A stretch of DNA of 64,000 nucleotides from assembly GCA_002269645.1 (NCBI GenBank), contig NIVC01001715.1, positions 1-64,000 of the forward strand, in the 5' to 3' direction. The notes beneath the pieces were generated by a model. It ran no database searches and had not been told where the DNA came from. It saw nothing but the letters and a program-made list of their open reading frames with translations. Position 1 is the stretch's first letter; every line of letters begins with the position of its first letter. Positions 57,501 to 64,000 of this stretch are shown one piece after another. Source of the DNA: Macrostomum lignano (Eukaryota). The position numbers were made by a program, and so were the translations under genes.

Positions 57501-58830
57501 TAGGAGGTTGTAGCCTAGTTGTTAGAGGTGGTTGTAGCTTAGTGGTTAAAGGGGGTTGTAGTCTATTGGTTAGAGCTGGGGGTTGCATCCTATTGGTTAG
57601 AGCTGGGGGTTGCATCCTATTGGTTAGAGCTGGGGGTTGCATCCTATTGGTTAGAGCTGGGGGTTGCATCCTATTGGTTAGAGCTGGGGGTTGCATCCTA
57701 TTGGTTAGAGCTGGGGGTTGCATCCTATTGGTTAGAGCTGGGGGTTGCATCCTATTGGTTAGAGCTGGGGTTGCATCCTATTGGTTAGAGCTGGGGGTTG
57801 CATCCTATTGGTTAGAGCTGGGGGTTGCATCCTATTGGTTAGAGCTGGGGGTTGCATCCTATTGGTTAGAGCTGGGGGTTGCATCCTATTGGTTAGAGCT
57901 GGGGGTTGCATCCTATTGGTTAGAGCTGGGGGTTGTATCCTATTGGTTAGAGGGGGTTGTATCCTATTGGTTAGAGGGGGTTGTATCCTATTAATTAGAG
58001 GGGGTTGTAGCCTATTGGTTACAGGGAGTTGTAGCATATTGGTTACAGGGAGTTGTAGCCTATTGGTTAGAGGGGGTTGTAGCCTATTGGTTAGAGGGGG
58101 TTGTAGCCTATTCGTTAAAGGGGGTTGTAGCCTATTGGTTAAAGGGGGTTGTAGCCTATTGGTTAGGGGGGTTATAGCCTATTGGTTAGAGGGGGTTGTA
58201 CCCTGATTGTTAGAGCGATTGAAAGGTTGGGGGTTCGATTCACGACCTACTCGGAAAAATTCGTGTTTTTGAGCAAGACATTTAACTCTGCATTGCTTCA
58301 ATTCGCCCAGCTGTAAAATGGGTGCCATCATTAGCTGGGGTAATTGAGGCTGTGTGTGTCGACCCCCCTTGGACTGAACAGCCGTACGCAGCCTTCAGAT
58401 GCTCCGCGCAATAGCTACGGCTGAGCTGTCGGTTGCACATCTGGCCACTAAAGCAGCAGGTGTAATCAATTAGTATCAATTTTTATTACAAGCGCATTTT
58501 TTTCTAAAAGGTTGATATCATATAATCAGGCCTTTAGAGTCAATTGATTATTTTTTTATTTGGAACAAAGCCTCATACAGCTGGACCAGCGCACTTTAAA
58601 ATGTCGAGCATCTCCATGGCAACCCATCTTAACAGATTGCTATCCTTGTGCGAAGCCGCAGTCCAAGAGTGTCCGCTGCTGGTGGCGCCCTACCGCTGTC
58701 GAACCGGAGCGGCAGCCGAGATGTCGGAGGCGGCGGAGGCGTTCAAGGCGTTGATGACGGCGGCGGAAGCGGAGGCGACAACGCCACTGCACCTACTAAT
58801 GGAGTTTCTAATGTCAACAATGCAGACTAA
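42572..58830 (+). CDS. GABA-B-receptor-like class C GPCR (Venus-flytrap domain + 7TM), ~777 aa, 14 exons
   Basis: Exons 42572-42793, 43092-43229, 44467-44637, 45436-45537, 45628-45702, 46369-46557, 47665-47916, 48007-48070, 48217-48294, 49170-49558, 51954-52076, 52155-52251, 57203-57441 and 58636-58830; phases consistent, 2334 nt. Motifs: signal peptide, [87 protein letters not shown]. The last exon is the least certain. Confidence 0.88.
43450..44442. repeat. 28-bp minisatellite (gagcctcaaactgggtgtgataacagaa)n in GPCR intron 2
   Basis: Directly visible. Confidence 0.95.
44980..45400. repeat. 11/12-bp G-rich minisatellite (gagaggggcagg)n in GPCR intron 3
   Basis: Directly visible. Dense runs of three or more G could form G-quadruplexes. 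Confidence 0.95.
45731..45820. mobile_element. hAT/Charlie-type MITE terminal fragment
   Basis: caggggtcggcgaactgcggcccgc...atccggccc resembles hAT-type termini. The other end was not found. Confidence 0.4.
45826..46313. repeat. (CTCCT)n pentanucleotide repeat in GPCR intron 5
   Basis: Directly visible. Confidence 0.98.
46793..47545. repeat. 19-bp minisatellite (cccctaagaccctcaagat)n in GPCR intron 6
   Basis: Directly visible. Confidence 0.95.
48463..49079. repeat. 18-bp minisatellite (caccaaccccactcc(agg/aga/cag))n in GPCR intron 9
   Basis: Directly visible. Confidence 0.95.
49640..50335. repeat. 21-bp minisatellite (tagatcctagataccac(g/a)tgt)n in GPCR intron 10
   Basis: Directly visible. 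Confidence 0.96.
50842..51500. mobile_element. Foldback non-autonomous DNA element with 8-bp TSD and GG termini (Merlin-like)
   Basis: TSD gccctaac at 50834-50841 and 51501-51508; ends are GGG...CCC. Arms ~50849-51150 and ~51267-51493 are inverted and built of ttttcccgca subrepeats. Confidence 0.8.
52330..53026. repeat. (TAATC)n-type pentamer arrays (52330-52495, 52875-53026); continues at 56743-57118
   Basis: Directly visible on both sides of the Helitron-like element. Confidence 0.9.
53600..56300. repeat. 23-bp minisatellite (ccaccatgtcaaacattaaagag)n inside the Helitron-like element
   Basis: Degenerate, ~115 copies. Confidence 0.95.
56375..56620. repeat. 18/19-bp minisatellite (ggggatgcttgctatctg)n
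   Basis: Directly visible. Confidence 0.92.
57503..58205 (+). repeat. 24-27-bp minisatellite derived from a tRNA/SINE A-box
   Basis: Units ctattggttagagctgggggttgcatc and ctattggttagagggggttgtagc; the terminal units (tagcttagtggttaaag, tagcctattggttagag) are A-box-like and run directly into the SINE. Confidence 0.85.
58180..58470 (+). mobile_element. tRNA-derived SINE, same family as 31415-31667
   Basis: B-box ggttcgattc, then ttgagcaagacatttaac, cgcccagctgtaaaatgggtgcc, and 3' ttggactgaacagccgtacgcagccttcagatg...caggtgta. Confidence 0.78.
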
Positions 58831-59948
58831 ATTTAATTTTTGAACGAATTGAAAAACACACCAGAGTGAATTACGATTGAGAGCGATAAAACTTTAAGAT
58901 CTAAATGTAACTGTCTTATATCGTGACATAAATGTTGTCGCCAGACTAATAATAATCAGTTATCAGTTCGATTCGATTTTATATATGTTGTAGTTTCAAT
59001 ACCTATAATCTATTTTTCATAACTTTATACATGTCCGGTTCCCAAATTTTGACTGGCATGTGCCCCTACCAAATCAATCAAGACGTTCCCACATGTTGTT
59101 CAGTAGGCTGCGGCTCCACTATTACACGTTGGTTTATCTTTGATTAATCACTAAACTGATTTTTGATGTCGTGTTGTGGTATTGTTTAACAGACACGGAG
59201 AGCTTGAAGAAATAAATTAATTGTGACGTTTATTTCTAGTCGAAAATAGTTCGAAATATTATATGGCTCATGCAAATCATAAAAAATGCACAAGCAAATA
59301 CATGGACATGTAAGGTGTCGCTAACATTGTTATAAAAGGATAATGGGCTTCAAATCAAAAGGGCTGTAAAATGTCCAGCCATATTCAGCTGGCGTCCCTA
59401 AGCCGATTGCATATTTTCACTTGAACACGCACTCCTTTGTTTGCGTGTATGTATTTTTGCAGTATGCATGTACATGTACCTGTGCATGGTGGGTTACTTT
59501 GCTATTTTCTAAATAAGTTAAAATTACCATCGCAGCACATTTTTACCATGCCTCGTATTATATTACTAGTGTTAAATGTCCAAAATTAGACCGAAAACAA
59601 GTAAATTCGCGCGTTCGTGCGTGGGAACCGCATGGGAATGCAGTTGTTTTTACAGTAAAAACAGAAAGTTCTACAGAATTTACAATAGCAATCTAGCTTG
59701 CTCAGCTCTCTTTTCTTTTAGCTACTGCTCTCTCAACTCCTTATTAGCTCGATTCGGTTAATGCTGCTCATGGATAATTTTGCAAATCTGGCTCTGCTTT
59801 GAGTCCTTTACTTGCCTGTTTGTGACCGGCCAAGGACTTTTACTGACGATCCGCGCGTCCTGTACCTGACTCCTAGGGAGGACATGCGCCGATCCCTCCT
59901 CGGTTTTCCGCTAGCGCTTGTGCACAAGGGCTCTCTCTTTGAGTCCTC

Positions 59949-59975
59949 TCTGCGTTGTTATTACTACTACTGCTG

Positions 59976-60074
<99 letters not shown>

Positions 60075-60095
60075 TACTACTACTACTACTAATAC
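59949..60095. repeat. (TAC)n trinucleotide microsatellite
   Basis: Directly visible. Explains the poly-Y and poly-T ORFs. Confidence 0.97.
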
Positions 60096-60169
60096 TACTC
60101 TTCTTTCTCCTCGTACTCTCACCTCAGCTCTCATCTCTTCTCTCTTCTCTCATTCTCTCTCATCTACAT

Positions 60170-60625
60170 GTAATTTCTCACCCACTGTGCTCTCACCCTC
60201 TGTGCTCTTCCAGCCTCCTGAGTTTGGCTATTGTTACCAGCCAAGTGGCTAATATTGCTCCCAGCCAAGTGGCTCAGCCAATAGGAGCGCAGTTCGTAAC
60301 TTCTCATGACACAAAATCTAGCCAGTCTGCCTAGAACCGATACTGTTTCCGCCATACCAACCGCAAGTGTATTAATGGGGCTATGCAGGTCTGCGCATCC
60401 AGCTGCACACGAAATGATGCTTCCTATTTCCATGCAACCAGATGATGGAGTGAGGTGGAGGAAACAAGAGACTGAGAGACTGGACTTCTCGTGGGGAGGA
60501 GGTTTGAGCAGCTCTCAACTCAAAAAGCTGACTTCCAGAGGCTGCCATGAAAAGTATTGGCCTCAGCGCTAATGACAGAAGCAATCTGTCATCCGCCAGC
60601 AGGTCCGCAGGCATCCCAAGGGGGA
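60170..60625 (-). mobile_element. Dispersed repeat element, copy C (inverted), holding unexpanded seed units of two minisatellites
   Basis: The reverse complement aligns with 22700-23150 and 28250-28660. It contains tgtgctctcaccctc (17-mer unit) and ggctattgttaccagccaagt (21-mer unit) side by side. Confidence 0.7.
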
Positions 60626-61343
60626 GGGGGTGTACAGCGGCCCCCGGCCCCCGACTGTCTCGCTCCAAATCTTTTTTGCCGGGGGCCTCGTGCAGAAAAT
60701 GCTAAAAAATGATCATTAAATTGGTCAATGACAGCCCTAAAATCAATAGATTTATTGAAGCTAGGGATAATTTTTTTGCTGAAAAATATTCATTGTTAAG
60801 TTTCCATGGCCGTAGCTGGCGGTAACTCGGGCATCAAGCAGGGCCGGGTGGAGGATTGATTTCATCAAGGCGATCGTTTTGCGTCGTAATTACGCCGGCT
60901 ATCAAGTGGCACCGCTGATGCTAAAATTATTCACATGTTCACATTATTTCGATACATGTATAACCTTGTTTGAATATAATAACTCAAAACCTGAACAAGA
61001 AAATTTTAACTTTTTAACTTGGTTATTTTCTATTTTTGTTTTGTCGTTGCACTTGCTTAAACTGTTTAAAACTTTTTTAGGTAGGCTGTTTCTCTGTACT
61101 CTCTTGTTGTTGCTCTTTTTCTCTTGTTTGTTCGTTCTACAAAATAAACTAAATTAAGATATCTCTCTGAGTTCCTATTTTCTGATTATCGCTAAGTGAA
61201 CAGCTCTTCCTGATTCTTATAATTATTTGTTTATTCAAGCTTTCAAGCTGTCATTTGTCAGCAAGCAAGTTATATACCGGCTGGCGCTTCAGCTAAGCAG
61301 TTTCTCCTTCTTCAACGCAAGGACCACTATATACAGTGGTCCT

Positions 61344-61440
61344 TGGTTAAAAGTGTGGAACTCATGTTTGAAAGGTTGGAGGTTCGATTCTCGACCAACT
61401 CAAAACAATTTGTGTCCTTGAGCAAGATCACTTTAACTCT
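61344..61440 (+). mobile_element. Partial tRNA-derived SINE (head and start of the central domain)
   Basis: ggttaaaagtgtggaactc...ggttcgattctcgacc...tgtgtccttgagcaagatcactttaac. Confidence 0.6.
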
Positions 61441-62036
61441 ATTTTTGACCGGAATATCACCGGAATGCTAAAGCTGAAAATTAGGTACTCGAAGGTCAAA
61501 CAAAAACATAGAAAACTATTTGGTAAATTTCTTCGCTCAAACGTCTTTCGACGAAATGACTTTTCGTCTAAATGACCCTTAACCCGAAACGACTGTGCTT
61601 CATTAAAAAAGATATTACCATTGAAAAAGAAACCTTGTAAAATTTGTTTTTTAAATTTTTTTTGTATTTGTTCTGTTACATTGATACAAGTGACAGAAAA
61701 ACCATGGTATTGTTTTTGTTATTCCAAACAAAATAGATGCAAAGTTAAGTGGGCGGGAGTTCGGTCTGCTCATTTTTATAAGAACTCCAGAATCATTAAT
61801 TCACTCGGACCTCGGATATGGTCTTGATAAACTGTCTGTGTAAACAAAAAAGATACTTGTTAATGTTGTTATTGAAATTAGCCTGATGTTATGTGGGTAG
61901 AGATACAAAATTAAGTAGCATTTTTTTCTAACGGCAGCTAGAAAATGTTCGTTACATTGCAACGCATTAGGGATAAGTCAGATAATTGTACTATTTGGGA
62001 CTTCAGTCTTCAGTTCAGCAGTGATCGGATCTTGTG

Positions 62037-62226
62037 TAGGGATTCCAAAATCCCGACATTTTACAATCCCGGGATTGAATAGTCCCGAAATCCCGATGCT
62101 GTTGAAATCCCGGGATTCAAAATCCCGGAATCCCGGTGCTTTTGCAATCCCGGGATTCGATTCCCAAAAAAATCCCGGGATTCCAGTCCCGGATTTTTGG
62201 CCCCAATCCCGGGATTGGAATCCCTA
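62037..62226. mobile_element. Small hAT-like MITE with internal atcccgggat palindromic subrepeats
   Basis: Perfect 11-bp TIR tagggattcca / tggaatcccta, flanked by direct repeat cttgtg (6 bp). Confidence 0.7.
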
Positions 62227-63414
62227 CTTGTGACTTGCCAATATGCTTGCGAAAGATAAATGTGAATAGGCCTAAAGAGTTAAGTTTCTTTGCAATTGAA
62301 TAACTCTGCAAGCCAATTGCATTGAGTAGAATAAAGTACATTAAACTATGAGAAAATGTACTGTGAAGAATATTTGGTTTTCATTGTTATGATTGGAAAC
62401 TATGTCATTGTTTTTGTAGGCCTATGGTTGGAAAGCTAGCCTTATAAAATTGTGCATTCACAGAAAATTAGGGGCTTTATCATTTTTTAATCAAACAAAA
62501 TAGAGCCAATAAGTTATAGTAGTAGAAATGTTTATAAAATGCGAAGTCAAAATGACAATAAGAATCGGGCAATGATATTATGTTATAATTTCATAGTTTA
62601 CCTAGAAGATTAATAGAACCTAATGATCTGATTTTTAATGATATTAACTCTAGGCCTAGCTCTATTTCAACAAAAATTCAAAGAACTCTAGGTTATTCTC
62701 AAAAATATATTTTATTAAAATGCAAGCTTTAGACTAGTTGAACATCTTAATTAATAGAGTCAGTAGCACAGGGGCCAGGTTGCGGATGGTATGCATGTAT
62801 GTTGGAACCTTTTTGGTATACAAAATGGCAACCCTAAGTCCTTAGTATACACAATCAACGTACACAACCTTGGTGCGCTTTGTTGGCATACACTATTGGT
62901 ATACACAAGTAACACAATGACATACTTTTTTGGATACAAACTTTGGTGAATAAATTCATGGCACTTATCTACACAGGCAGCATCAGCAGGATTGGCATCA
63001 AAGCAAAAGATGCCTTGCATAAAAATTGTAATATAAATTAATATTTTCACTATAAAGTAAAAGAAAATTTGTATAGTATAAAAAGTCTAGGCATTATAAA
63101 CTTTTAGCTCTTTAAAAATTAACAATAAATTAAATTAGTATAAATTATTGTTAAGAGCATCAATTTTGCATTATTATTTCTATAGGTATAATTTAAATTT
63201 GTTTAAAATGAAAATATTGGTAATATTTTAAAAAGACTTTTTGTACAAAAGCCTTTTTTAGAAAACTACTTGTAAAAACCAAATGACCTTTTTAGAAGAA
63301 ATTTTTGGTGTAAATTTTAGGGAAATTTTTTGTTTATGGCATACACTAGTATACATTTAGATGAGCTAGGATTCTTGTTCCAGCGTACACTACTACATAA
63401 TCTACAACCTGGCG

Positions 63415-63678
63415 CAGGGGTTGGCAACCTTTTTCCATTCAAGGGCCAGATAAGGTTTTCAGTCCAAGACCACAGGCCACAGGGGCACACCTCGAGGCCT
63501 GAAGGGGTGGGAAGCAGTTGCCTCCCCTTAGGCAGAGACCTGAAGAAAATCAAAGGGGGACCAAGCATATTATTGTATCCCAAGACTAGCTAGTAGACTA
63601 GTGGTCTAGTTGGCTTTGTCTTGCACTCTGTACAAGCAAGGGAACTCAGCCCCAGTCTTGCTACTTGCCAACCCACTG
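63415..63678. mobile_element. Possible hAT-type MITE
   Basis: caggggttggcaacc at 63415 and an imperfect inverse ttgccaacccactg ending at 63678. No TSD seen. Confidence 0.3.
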
Positions 63679-64000
63679 TCACACAAACATGCAGGCAGTA
63701 GGCCGGCAACCAGGGTTGCAGCAAATGCATAGGCCTTGGTGACGATGTCCTAATAGCACTTGACCTACAATAACAGAAGCAGAATGATACTTACAATGGC
63801 ACAAGTTGTTCAACTTGGCACTCTAGGCATCTATGTTTAAATACAATTGCTACAATTGTATATTGTTTATATTAGTTATAGTCAAAGCAGCAAAGTCTGA
63901 GCCAGAGAAGAATGATCAAAGGGTCAGTGGGGGAAAAAGAAGAGCATGCCAATAAATATTGTCAGTATAAAATGGGGCAGAGAGAGCAAGCAGGGATTGG

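Noticed and set aside
58544-58843. Alternative frames for the last GPCR exon (ORFs at 58544 and 58560)
   Set aside because: The acceptor cttaacAG at 58635 is phase-compatible with ...APK and gives a hydrophobic IAILV continuation. Preferred but unverified.
62760-63050. 96-aa Cys-containing ORF with a hydrophobic N-terminus
   Set aside because: AT-rich, overlaps TE-like gtatac/ggcaaccc motifs and has no recognisable family; insufficient support.

Overview
Eukaryotic, intron- and VNTR-rich genomic DNA. The GT-AG introns, GC-rich exons and a different mini/microsatellite in many introns suggest an invertebrate; a free-living flatworm such as Macrostomum is a guess, not established. Hand-built spliced gene models: (1) a 4-exon, ~1277-aa TRPM-type channel (- strand, 2192-6798) with N-terminal ankyrin repeats where TRPMs normally have MHR1/2 (SLOG); (2) a tandem array of four paralogues (- strand, 8550-28063; three intact, one pseudogene) encoding ~434-aa secreted proteins with signal peptide + PAN/apple-like domain + ALK/LTK-type glycine-rich domain and no TM or kinase, showing mosaic loops and swapped or captured first exons; (3) a 6-exon calmodulin-like protein with 4 EF-hands (-); (4) a 3-exon MFSD4/NAGLT1-like MFS transporter (-); (5) a 14-exon, ~777-aa divergent GABA-B-like class C GPCR (+), head-to-head with the MFS gene. 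Non-coding content includes many VNTRs, a Helitron-like element, Merlin-, Tc1- and hAT-like MITEs, a 10-bp-TSD element holding a 43-bp copy of TRPM exon sequence, three tRNA-derived SINEs (one with its A-box amplified into an array) and a dispersed element that seeds two different minisatellites. Most long ORFs in the ORF track are repeat artefacts. All domain calls are by motif recognition, with no database search.
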